Of a stretch of DNA of 15,700 nucleotides, positions 1 through 8,187 are shown one piece after another. The notes beneath the pieces were generated by a model. That model worked only from the letters and a program-made list of their open reading frames with translations, was not told the DNA's origin and did no database searches. The translations under genes were made by a program, and so were the position numbers. This DNA is from an uncultured archaeon (lineage in GTDB: Archaea; Asgardarchaeota; Heimdallarchaeia; Heimdallarchaeales; Kariarchaeaceae), in the NCBI GenBank assembly GCA_964645535.1, contig CAZYCQ010000066.1, forward strand, positions 1-15,700, in the 5' to 3' direction. The first letter of the stretch is position 1; each line of letters opens with the position of its first letter.

Positions 1-57
1 GTTTTACACCGCATATTTTCGTAATTTTCAGTAATCTTTTGGAATTTTTTTTATTAT

Positions 58-735
58 ATGTCAGAATTCTTACTTATGGATCCAACAGAAAAAAAGGTAG
101 TCCTTGCAGGACTCATTTTCGGAATTTTTGTTTTTTCCGCTCTTTTTGGTGGACTTATCATTGATAAACTCACCCAACCTGATGTACCGCTCCTTGAAAA
201 TCCCTACCCCGCAAAAGATTTTCAACTGAGAAATTATATGAATGAAACAGTACAATTTAAGGCTTATGACGGAAAGGTAAGGCTTGTAACTTTCGTTTAC
301 CAATTATGTCCTGATGGCTGCAGTACTGTTGCATCAAAAGTAATTCAAGCCCAAAACCGATATTCTGATTCTGGAAAGGTCGCGAGCTTTGTCATTGATT
401 TCGACTATATTCATGATACCTCTGCTTCCTTGAAAACATTTGCAGAGACCCTTACTGGTAGCAATGAAACCCAAGAAAACCTTCAATTCCTTTATGGAAA
501 TGAAACGGAAATCAAGAAAGTGGCTGCGGATTGGAATTTCTTCTTTCAACCAGTCAACGAAACTCTTTCTTCAACTCTCCAACCAAACCATGAAGGTGGC
601 CATAAGGCTCTTTGGATACATCAATTCATTGTCTATGTGGTTGATGAGGATGGGCTGGTTCAGAGAATATTTACTGGTCTTGATTGGGACAATCAGGATC
701 TTTATGACACAATCGATCTGCTTCTTTCAGATTAA
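58..735 (+). CDS. SCO1/SenC family copper chaperone (thioredoxin fold, N-terminal membrane anchor)
   Basis: N-terminal TM helix (VVLAGLIFGIFVFSALFGGLII). PAKDFQLRN..GKVRLVTFVYQLCPDGC supplies the SCO CxxxC motif. A distal His lies in WIHQFIVYVVDEDG, matching the SCO H-x5-L/V-D-x2-G pattern. Confidence 0.9.
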   Translation: MSEFLLMDPTEKKVVLAGLIFGIFVFSALFGGLIIDKLTQPDVPLLENPYPAKDFQLRNYMNETVQFKAYDGKVRLVTFVYQLCPDGCSTVASKVIQAQNRYSDSGKVASFVIDFDYIHDTSASLKTFAETLTGSNETQENLQFLYGNETEIKKVAADWNFFFQPVNETLSSTLQPNHEGGHKALWIHQFIVYVVDEDGLVQRIFTGLDWDNQDLYDTIDLLLSD

Positions 736-1922
736 ACGCCTTTGATTGCCTTTTCAAGAATCCAATATGGGGCGTCTGTCCGCAATGCCTGTTTCCGATA
801 CGTAGTTTTCAATGCCTTATAGCCAAGAATGGTTAGTTTTTCTATTAATTTGGTAGTTTTCGGCGTATTGACATGCAAGTAGGAAGCCATTTGATCCAAT
901 GAATAATAATATGGAATATCAATTCCTTCCACCCCTTCACTTAGTATTTTTTCAATTTTCTTGGTGGTGGGAAGATTCAGGCTGTGCAAAATTGCCATAC
1001 CTTTCTCACACCAATCCTTGTTGAATATGGATCCTCCCCAAAGTGGTCCTGCACCGGCAGGGTTTTGATGGTAGCTAAAATGGCAGTCCATGTTATCAAA
1101 GGAAAAGTATTGGCAATGCCGGCAGAAATATACGGATCGCAATGTGCGGATTGATGCATTTGCTTTACCTCTTCCTTCATGCACTCTGATGAATACCTTG
1201 ATATAATGATCTGAGGATATGGACAGTAGTGGTTCAATTCCTTTTTCAAATCTTGCGGCAGATCTTGCAATCATCGCGAGCAACAATCGAACAGCAGTTT
1301 CATGTGTACGGTCATTGTTAAAAGGCAATCCACCATATTTTCTCAATGCGGCATCAGGAAAAACTCCTGCCAAAGCAGTCATATCTGTAGCAGTTACTGC
1401 CAAAATTCCTTTGTTTGAAATAATCCGCCAAAGGGAATCGATGAATGGAGATGGAGAACCGAACGGATCAAGATCGACATAATGGTATTTCATAGAGTTT
1501 TCAGCTAATGAGGCTGCCAAAGCTCTTGCTTCCCGTTTGTATTGAATGAGCTTGGAATCATCAATAAATGTTCTATTGTATCTTGCCAAATCTGTGGAAA
1601 TTTCCCCAAAATCATTGATCACCACCTTTTCGATTGCCTCATTCACTTCATTTATCAATCTGAACCCCCTTACTCCAATTCCTGCCAAAGGTTCAAAGAT
1701 TCTGAGCTTTCTTCCCCTTTCCTTATGGTGAACCCATACATTCAACAAAGAAAGGTCTCTATTCAGGCACATGACCGGGTTAAAGAATGCTGGGGCATCA
1801 TAGATATTGCTTGTATCAAGAACCTTGAAAGTGGTAGTGCCTTCGGTAAAATCTTTAAGGGGATAGGTGTAAGGCCATTTTTCCAATGATTCAACCGTTC
1901 CGGTTACAGGTACTCTTACCAA
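732..1922 (-). CDS. trm1: tRNA (guanine26-N2)-dimethyltransferase Trm1
   Basis: Trm1 motifs FFNPVMCLNRDLS, EPLAGIGVRGFR, DLDPFGSP, VTATD, ETAVRLL and GPLWGG. TTG start. The stop overlaps the SCO stop in a shared TTAA (732-735). Confidence 0.93.
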   Translation of the reverse strand: MVRVPVTGTVESLEKWPYTYPLKDFTEGTTTFKVLDTSNIYDAPAFFNPVMCLNRDLSLLNVWVHHKERGRKLRIFEPLAGIGVRGFRLINEVNEAIEKVVINDFGEISTDLARYNRTFIDDSKLIQYKREARALAASLAENSMKYHYVDLDPFGSPSPFIDSLWRIISNKGILAVTATDMTALAGVFPDAALRKYGGLPFNNDRTHETAVRLLLAMIARSAARFEKGIEPLLSISSDHYIKVFIRVHEGRGKANASIRTLRSVYFCRHCQYFSFDNMDCHFSYHQNPAGAGPLWGGSIFNKDWCEKGMAILHSLNLPTTKKIEKILSEGVEGIDIPYYYSLDQMASYLHVNTPKTTKLIEKLTILGYKALKTTYRKQALRTDAPYWILEKAIKGV

Positions 1923-1931
1923 TTTCTTCTC

Positions 1932-2543
1932 TCACTCCTGATTTCCCTTGTATCCCATGCATACATAATATTCTTCTGCAGATCTTTTTCTTGTTGCAGG
2001 GGGGCGGAACCGACGTATCTTTTCAAACCAAGGTTTGATTTCCCCATCCAATTCCTGAATTGTCGGTCCGCGAAATACTTTCGTAACAAATATTCCCCCC
2101 GGTTTCAATATCTTATGGCATGCATTCAAAGCCAATAAAACCAGATAATTTTGCCTATCCGCATCAAGAGACCAATTTCCTGTCACATTTCCTGCTAGAT
2201 CTGACAAAACCACGTCTGCCACTGATCCTGCAACCTCCTCAATTTTTTCTGCGAGATCTGGTCTTCTCATATCCAATCTCAAAATCTCTATATTCTTTTT
2301 CTCAAACGGCAGGATTGCCTGTTTGTCAACAGCCACAACCTTACCCTTGGATCCGACATACTCTGAAGCAACTTGTGACCATCCTCCAGGCGCAGCGCCA
2401 AGATCTACAACTACATTTCCCCTCTTGATAATGTAGAATTTTTTCTGTAATTGCTTCAACTTATATGATGCACGGGAGCGATAACCTTCTTCTTTGGCTT
2501 TATTGTAGTAATATTCCCGCTTTCGCTCATCAATCGAGGCCAT
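1932..2543 (-). CDS. rlmE: 23S rRNA (uridine2552-2'-O)-methyltransferase, RlmE/FtsJ/RrmJ family
   Basis: Motifs AKEEGYRSRASYKL, VVDLGAAPGGWSQ, DVVLSD, VTKVF and SAEEY (K-D-K-E tetrad). Lies 9 bp upstream of trm1, so probably co-transcribed. Confidence 0.95.
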   Translation of the reverse strand: MASIDERKREYYYNKAKEEGYRSRASYKLKQLQKKFYIIKRGNVVVDLGAAPGGWSQVASEYVGSKGKVVAVDKQAILPFEKKNIEILRLDMRRPDLAEKIEEVAGSVADVVLSDLAGNVTGNWSLDADRQNYLVLLALNACHKILKPGGIFVTKVFRGPTIQELDGEIKPWFEKIRRFRPPATRKRSAEEYYVCMGYKGNQE

Positions 2544-2633
2544 TCAATCTGAAACACCTTTTTGTCTTAATTAAGGAGTTTGTTTGGACACATGGCCGTC
2601 CTAAAAGGGACTTCAAGTATATCAAATTTGGCA

Positions 2634-2660
2634 TTTACAGGGGAAAGATTTATTAAAAGT
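2634..2660 (+). promoter_or_regulatory. Putative BRE/TATA promoter for the TFE-beta-like gene
   Basis: Purine-rich GGGGAAAGA followed by TTTATTAA (2649-2656). The spacing favours the ATG at 2691 as the start. Confidence 0.55.
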
Positions 2661-2690
2661 GAAATGATGTATTCTGATAGACATCCAAGG

Positions 2691-3146
2691 ATGAGAAATA
2701 GCATGTTTGAAAAAAATAAGAAGTTCTACCTTGATGAAACAGGACATGGGAGGGTCGACACAAAAATTAGCACAACCTTTGAAGAGAACCTTGAACAGGG
2801 CATTCTGGACATGCTTTCAAAATATAAGGTGGCTCCCTTAACCGAGGTTACCCGAAAATTTGGGGATTATCCCCAAGTGCATAACAAACTAAAGGATCTT
2901 GTGCTTGAAAATAAAATCTTCATGTATGAGACAAAGGTTGTGGTCAAAGACCAGCTTAAAATTGAAAAGAAAGTTAAAATTGTCGATCCCAATGCCTCAA
3001 GTTGGAACCCCTTCAATGCACAACCCTGCCTGACCTGTATGATCATGAGCGAGTGCAAGGTCGGCAATCCTGTTTCTCCTGCCACCTGTCAAGAATTTCA
3101 AGAATGGTTGGAATTTGAAATTGAATTGGAAATGCAGAATGAATGA
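2691..3146 (+). CDS. RNA polymerase III RPC34/POLR3F-like protein (archaeal TFE beta subunit): winged helix plus C-terminal 4Fe-4S motif
   Basis: The C-terminus PCLTCMIMSECKVGNPVSPATCQEFQEWLEF has the C-x2-C-x5-C-x10-C spacing and SPxxC-x5-WL tail of the RPC34/TFE-beta FeS domain. The preceding ILDML..LTEVTRKF..VHNKLKDLVLENKI segment looks like a winged helix. The start is uncertain: the ORF track gives TTG 2580, and there are ATGs at 2664, 2667 and 2691. Confidence 0.8.
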   Translation: MRNSMFEKNKKFYLDETGHGRVDTKISTTFEENLEQGILDMLSKYKVAPLTEVTRKFGDYPQVHNKLKDLVLENKIFMYETKVVVKDQLKIEKKVKIVDPNASSWNPFNAQPCLTCMIMSECKVGNPVSPATCQEFQEWLEFEIELEMQNE

Positions 3147-3185
3147 TGTGCGAAAATAAATAAATGCTGTTCTATTCTTGGATTC

Positions 3186-3704
3186 ATGGAAGAACAGTTG
3201 GAAGAGGGGAAACCAGAAGCCAAATTTTCTGAACTAATCAATAAATCCATTACACGTAAACTATTGACCATTTTCACGCTTATTGTCCTTCTCTTCTTTC
3301 CCTCTTATACGAGAAGTGACAATGGAGTAATGCTGGAAACCATTTTCTATTTCCCTTGGGCAATTTTCAGAATATTCGAACCGAATCCCTTATACAAGAC
3401 AGATCAGCTTCAAATGCTTTCACCTTTCTCAACAATAATTCTCATGTTCCCAACTTATATTGCCATATTTGAGGTCTTCAAACTGTTACAGAGTGATCTG
3501 GACTTGGTAAAATCTTCACTGAAAATTGCAGGGGCGGAATTGGGTCAAATTCTCCTTCTCCTTCTTACCTTACAGTCTAGTGTAAGGAGAGAAACCCACC
3601 AAATTTTCTTTTTGGGACCAATTTTGATGATCATCACGTACCTTGGTATTGCAGGAGGAACATACCTCGAAAAGGCTCGAAACGATTTATATGCAACAGA
3701 ATGA
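3186..3704 (+). CDS. Hypothetical integral membrane protein (about 4 TM helices)
   Basis: 172-aa ORF with about four hydrophobic stretches. A BRE/TATA-like CGAAAATAAATAAA lies at about 3151-3165. Family not recognised. Confidence 0.7.
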   Translation: MEEQLEEGKPEAKFSELINKSITRKLLTIFTLIVLLFFPSYTRSDNGVMLETIFYFPWAIFRIFEPNPLYKTDQLQMLSPFSTIILMFPTYIAIFEVFKLLQSDLDLVKSSLKIAGAELGQILLLLLTLQSSVRRETHQIFFLGPILMIITYLGIAGGTYLEKARNDLYATE

Positions 3705-3760
3705 CAAATTTCCATTCTCCTTTACCTACATTAATATAGGATTCCCAAGGACACTATACG

Positions 3761-4195
3761 ATGAGTGATCGATTAAGCAAGATCTTGAATCATGAAATCT
3801 CGGAGGTCAATAAGCACCTCCCGGTTCGGACAGTTACTCTTCAGCAGGCGTTGAGGATGGATAGACCTGGATTTCTCAGTCGTTCAAGGGAATTTGTAAG
3901 TCTTGACAAAAAAGAACTGGAATTGATTTCAGAATGGTTTTCCCAAAGGGAATGGGGAGAGGTTGAATTACCGATATTTCTGACAAGGAGGAGAGACTTG
4001 GGACCGGGGGCTTTCTATATTGGGGGAAGTGTTGCTAACATCTATCTTATCCGGAAACTTATCGATAAGGATTTACCAAGCTACCATGTCTGGAAATTGA
4101 CACAGAAAACAGAAAAGTTACGCGTAATTTACAGACCAGAATATGCCATAGTTCGAAAACACTTGAAATCCCTAACTGTCCCTGCTTTTGCTTGA
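3761..4195 (+). CDS. DUF61 / UPF0216 family archaeal protein
   Basis: The pattern EISEVNKHLP..TLQQAL...RP....R.......KKELELI......VELPI is characteristic of DUF61. Confidence 0.8.
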   Translation: MSDRLSKILNHEISEVNKHLPVRTVTLQQALRMDRPGFLSRSREFVSLDKKELELISEWFSQREWGEVELPIFLTRRRDLGPGAFYIGGSVANIYLIRKLIDKDLPSYHVWKLTQKTEKLRVIYRPEYAIVRKHLKSLTVPAFA

Positions 4196-4221
4196 TTTCC
4201 ACTGCGAAAGATTCATTCCGG

Positions 4222-4240
4222 AAACCGAAACGGTTTTTAG
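4222..4240 (+). promoter_or_regulatory. BRE/TATA-like promoter overlapping a perfect inverted repeat (AAACCG-AAA-CGGTTT)
   Basis: CCGAAA (BRE-like) followed by TTTTTAG, about 22 bp upstream of ATG 4262. The palindrome spans 4222-4236. Confidence 0.5.
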
Positions 4241-4243
4241 CTG

Positions 4244-5485
4244 ATGCGGTATGAAACGCGTATGGAACAGGACGACCCTCTCATTTATGACTGGAACAAG
4301 GTTGATTTTGAAATCAAACGAACCAAGAAAATCATGCTTGATGATGAAAGCCTCAGAGATGGTCTTCAATCCCCCTCAACAAGAGACCCCCCTCTTGAAT
4401 ACAAACTGAGGCTTGTCCGATTGATGGAAAAATTGGGTATTGATGGCGCCGATATAGGCTTTCCGGGTTCAACAAAAAAAATGTATGATGACGTCACTGC
4501 CATCTGTGAATTGATTCGGGATGAGGGATTGAAACTATTCCCAAACTGCGCTGCAAGAACCGTTGAGGCAGATATCAAACCAGTGATCGAGATCAGTCAT
4601 AAGGTGGGAATTCCCGTAGAGGTGGCTGCCTTTCTCGGTTCATCACCCATAAGGATGAAGGTGGAAGGATGGACAAAGGAAAAATTAGTTCAACTCACAA
4701 GAGATGCAACAAGACTTTGTCTTGACAATAATGTCCCTATAATGTTTGTAACTGAGGATACAACAAGAGCTAATCCGGAAATGCTTAGGGATCTTTATTT
4801 GACAGCTGCCGATGAAGGCGCTCAAGCCATCTGTCTTTCGGATACTGTAGGTCATGCCACTCCGAATGGTACTTTCAAATTGGTTTCGTTCATCAAAAAC
4901 ATGCTGAAAGAAGCTGGACATGAAAAAGTTAGAATTGATTGGCATGGTCATCGCGATCGTGGTCTCAGCATTCCAAATGCGATTGCAGCAATTGAGGCAG
5001 GCGCTGATCGCATTCATGGTACTGGTTTGGGCATAGGAGAAAGATGTGGAAACACTCCTATGGATATTCTGCTTGTAAACCTCAAGCTCATGGGCTACCC
5101 TGGATTTAAGGATCGTGATTTGTCATCCCTTGCCGAATACACGGAACTTGTTTCTGAAATGGTTCAGATCGAAATCCCACCAAACTATCCAGTTATGGGG
5201 AAGGATGCTTTCCGGACTGCTACTGGGGTTCATGCGGCCGCGATAATCAAGGCTCAAGAAAAAAATGCACATTGGGGTGATGTAGTCTATTCTTCAGTTC
5301 CTGCATCCCATTTTGGAAAAGAACAGGTCATTGATGTTGGGCCCTTAAGCGGAATTTCCAATGCAAAATACGTGCTGTCAAAATTGGGAATAGATCCCAA
5401 TGAAGAGAATTGTAGAAAGGTGCTTGATTATGCCAAGGAAAACCAAACCGTTCTTTCAAGGGATGAGGTGGCCAAATTATTCTGA
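4244..5485 (+). CDS. LeuA/homocitrate synthase family DRE-TIM acyltransferase, lacking the C-terminal regulatory domain
   Basis: Motifs DESLRDGLQ, EDTTRA, SDTVG, WHGHRDRG, GIGERCGN, AFRTATGVHA and GPLSG. Only 413 aa long. The true start may be ATG 4262. Substrate specificity cannot be determined from sequence alone. Confidence 0.88.
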   Translation: MRYETRMEQDDPLIYDWNKVDFEIKRTKKIMLDDESLRDGLQSPSTRDPPLEYKLRLVRLMEKLGIDGADIGFPGSTKKMYDDVTAICELIRDEGLKLFPNCAARTVEADIKPVIEISHKVGIPVEVAAFLGSSPIRMKVEGWTKEKLVQLTRDATRLCLDNNVPIMFVTEDTTRANPEMLRDLYLTAADEGAQAICLSDTVGHATPNGTFKLVSFIKNMLKEAGHEKVRIDWHGHRDRGLSIPNAIAAIEAGADRIHGTGLGIGERCGNTPMDILLVNLKLMGYPGFKDRDLSSLAEYTELVSEMVQIEIPPNYPVMGKDAFRTATGVHAAAIIKAQEKNAHWGDVVYSSVPASHFGKEQVIDVGPLSGISNAKYVLSKLGIDPNEENCRKVLDYAKENQTVLSRDEVAKLF

Positions 5486-5537
5486 GGTCAGCTAGTGGAA
5501 ACCGAGAATTGAAATAAGGGAAAATGTAATTTTACCT

Positions 5538-6062
5538 ATGGGAAAAAAAGAAATCCAAGCATATGACATATATCTCATCAGAACATCTGGCATTCCTCTT
5601 TTTGCAGGATGTACGCAATCGGACTATTGCATGAGCCATTTGCAGCAACACGAATTGCAGGCAGGGTTTCTTGCGGCAATCAATGCTTTCTCTAAAGAGG
5701 CATTTGAAGATGAAAAGATACATACCATTTACATGGATAACATCCAGATCAATTTCATCGTCAACGAAGAAGATGGTTTGATATTTGCGGTACTTCATGA
5801 CATCAATGCAGATACCGATTTCATCAAGAGACGGCTCAAAGACGCATATGATATTTTCATCTCTCGTTTTCCGGAAGCAAAAGATGAAAACCATCTTGAG
5901 GTAAGCCAATTTGAAGAGGTGACTCATATTCTACGCCAACTTGGTCTTGTAGGAAACAAGCTTGGAAACACTCTTGAAATGCAGTTAATTGAAAAGCAAA
6001 AACAAAGCAAGAGAGGCCGGTTAATGGGATGGATACGAGGTATCATTAGCCCCAGCTACTGA
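5538..6062 (+). CDS. Longin-like domain protein (Asgard type)
   Basis: IYLIRTSGIPLF ... LQAGFLAAINAFSKE ... IHTIYMDNIQINF ... GLIFAVLHD followed by two helices fits the beta-beta-alpha-beta-beta-beta-alpha-alpha longin topology. The tail is basic and amphipathic. Confidence 0.65.
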   Translation: MGKKEIQAYDIYLIRTSGIPLFAGCTQSDYCMSHLQQHELQAGFLAAINAFSKEAFEDEKIHTIYMDNIQINFIVNEEDGLIFAVLHDINADTDFIKRRLKDAYDIFISRFPEAKDENHLEVSQFEEVTHILRQLGLVGNKLGNTLEMQLIEKQKQSKRGRLMGWIRGIISPSY

Positions 6063-6096
6063 AAGATTTTTGTTTCTTGGCAACCTATTCTTAATC

Positions 6097-6984
6097 ATGA
6101 TACGTTATAGCCCGATTGCAGGTTCTTGGTACCCCGCAGACCCTGAGAGTCTCAAAGAAACTATCAATGAACTTTTTCTTGACAAAAAATTTGGTCCGGG
6201 ATATGACCCCAAGGAAGAGAAAAGAAACTGCAATGATCATTTGGTGGGGATAGGTGTTCCTCATGCTGGATATTTCTTCTCTGGTGCTGTGGCTGCCCAC
6301 AGCTATGCCCATCTTTTCAATCATCTTCCGCAAATCGACTCTGCAATTATATTTGGTCCCAATCATCAATTTGGCTATCCATCAATATCCATATTTCCAG
6401 AAGGCCATTGGGAACTCCCTCTCGGGAACGCGGAAATCGACACTGAGTTGGTGGAATTTGCAGAACAATATGAGAACTCTACATTTCATGAGGTTGTACA
6501 GTTTGAAGCTGAATCACAACGATATGAACATTCCATAGAGATTCAAATCCCTTTTCTCCAATATCTTTACGGTTCAAAATTCAAAATCTTGCCAATATGT
6601 TTCGGAAACCAGGATTTCAATCAAACTGGAAAAATTATCTCCCAATTTGTCTATGATTTGCTCATGGAATTCCAGGATCGAAGAATCGCGGTTTTGGCAA
6701 GTTCAGATCTCTCCCATGAACCAGACATCAAGCTCCTTGAAAACAATGATCGGACAATGCTCAAGCTTCTTGAAGAAAACAGATTGGAGGATGCCATTCA
6801 ATTCAGGCAACAGGTCGGCATGACCATGTGCGGTTATGGTCCTGTCTTCACTCTTGCAAATCTGACAAGAAAATTCGGAACACCAAAGAACAAAGTCCTG
6901 AAATATGCGCACAGTTCTGAAATTAGACCGAAACACAGGGGTCCATATACTGTTGGCTATCCTTCATTGGCATTTGAGTTTTAG
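6097..6984 (+). CDS. amrB: MEMO1-family protein (AmmeMemoRadiSam system protein B)
   Basis: Motifs PIAGSWYP, PHAGYFFSG, GPNH, EHSIEIQIPFLQ, SSDLSH, TMCGYGP and VGY. ATG 6097 is preferred over TTG 6070. Confidence 0.93.
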   Translation: MIRYSPIAGSWYPADPESLKETINELFLDKKFGPGYDPKEEKRNCNDHLVGIGVPHAGYFFSGAVAAHSYAHLFNHLPQIDSAIIFGPNHQFGYPSISIFPEGHWELPLGNAEIDTELVEFAEQYENSTFHEVVQFEAESQRYEHSIEIQIPFLQYLYGSKFKILPICFGNQDFNQTGKIISQFVYDLLMEFQDRRIAVLASSDLSHEPDIKLLENNDRTMLKLLEENRLEDAIQFRQQVGMTMCGYGPVFTLANLTRKFGTPKNKVLKYAHSSEIRPKHRGPYTVGYPSLAFEF

Positions 6985-6993
6985 CTGTAGATA

Positions 6994-8094
6994 TTATTCC
7001 CAAGTATAACGGGGAACATCAAAAAGCCGTTTACAGCCGTTTTTTGTTACATACACGTCATCTTCGATCCTTACTCCGAACTTTCCTTCAATATAGATCC
7101 CCGGTTCAATTGTATGAGCAGAACCTCCGATCAAGGGTGTTTGATTGGTTCCTACAAGGTATGGATGCTCATGTACCTCCAATCCAAGTCCATGGCCTAA
7201 TCTGTGTGTGAAATATTTCCCGTATCCTGCCGATTCTATATGACTTCTTGCAATTTTGTCAAGTTCTGCTGGAATTGCTCCTTCACGGTTTGCCTCGAAT
7301 GCTTTTCGGTTTGCTTCAAACACTATATCGTAGATTTCTCTGAATTGATCAGGTGGTGAACCAAATGGCTTGGTTATGGTTATGTCTCCTTGATAGCCAT
7401 TAACATTTGTTCCTACATCCAAAAGGACAACATCTCCTGACTTCAGTTTTCGATCGGTTGGATATCCATGCGGTAAGGCGGAATTTGGTCCAAATTGTAC
7501 CAAGGCATAGGTGATGGGATTGCCTGAACGAGTCCCTAATTCCTCATTCAATATTGGAACCACTTCCTTTTCCGTCATCCCTTCTTTCAACCTGTCAAAG
7601 GTTGCCAAAATTCCCTCAGCAGATGCACGTGCCGCTGCCTTCAGCTGTTCGATCTCCCAATCTGATTTGACCAAACGCAGAGAATCAATAACTGCACCTG
7701 CAGATTTGAAACTCCGATTTGTGTTCCGACTGAGACGTTCCACCTCAATTATCCATAGTTTCGGATCCACTCCCACATTGGATCCGATTTTTCGTTCATC
7801 CAATTCTTTTATGAGGTTTCTGTAGGGAGACTCTGTCTCTTCCCAAACGATGATATCTTCAATTCCAGTTGCCTGCGCAAAATTGGATCGCTCGAAGGCA
7901 GGTGTCAGTAGAAATGGGTCTCCTTCAGCAGGAATTATTCCACAAAGGAACCGCTCAGAAGGGTTTCCCGGTTTACCAAAGAAATACTGAAAATTGACAC
8001 CCAATGGAATAAGAAGGGCATCCCATTCCTCTTTAGACATGACTTCCTGCGCTGCTGTCCATCGACTTTCCAATTCCTCGCGTGGTACATCCAT
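6994..8094 (-). CDS. pepQ: Xaa-Pro dipeptidase/aminopeptidase, M24B family
   Basis: Creatinase-like N-terminal domain. Catalytic-domain motifs SALPHG, DVG..GYQGDITIT, HRLGHGLGLEVHE, TIEPGIY and GVRIEDD. Confidence 0.93.
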   Translation of the reverse strand: MDVPREELESRWTAAQEVMSKEEWDALLIPLGVNFQYFFGKPGNPSERFLCGIIPAEGDPFLLTPAFERSNFAQATGIEDIIVWEETESPYRNLIKELDERKIGSNVGVDPKLWIIEVERLSRNTNRSFKSAGAVIDSLRLVKSDWEIEQLKAAARASAEGILATFDRLKEGMTEKEVVPILNEELGTRSGNPITYALVQFGPNSALPHGYPTDRKLKSGDVVLLDVGTNVNGYQGDITITKPFGSPPDQFREIYDIVFEANRKAFEANREGAIPAELDKIARSHIESAGYGKYFTHRLGHGLGLEVHEHPYLVGTNQTPLIGGSAHTIEPGIYIEGKFGVRIEDDVYVTKNGCKRLFDVPRYTWE

Positions 8095-8187
8095 AAATTA
8101 CCATTAGACTGTCCCTTCTTAAACTACTCGGACCCTGAGGCAAAAATGCATTTAATTTCTTTTATAAAGTTTATCCTTTGTTTAGTT

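Noticed and set aside
732-735. Convergent stop codons sharing TTAA; other convergent gaps are only 6-9 bp
   Set aside because: This is a common feature of compact prokaryotic genomes.
2580-2690. N-terminal extension of the TFE-beta-like ORF from TTG 2580
   Set aside because: The region contains the BRE/TATA-like element and must also hold the divergent rlmE promoter, so it is likely non-coding.
4196-5505. ORB-like TTTCCACT (4196-4203) and AGTGGAAA (5494-5501), plus the direct repeat GGAAACCGA (4220-4228 and 5497-5505), flanking the leuA-like gene; considered as an origin or as mobile-element ends
   Set aside because: The matches are only 8-9 bp, with no G-string, cdc6 gene, unwinding element or transposase. 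The ACCGA copies sit where the BRE of each downstream promoter is expected.
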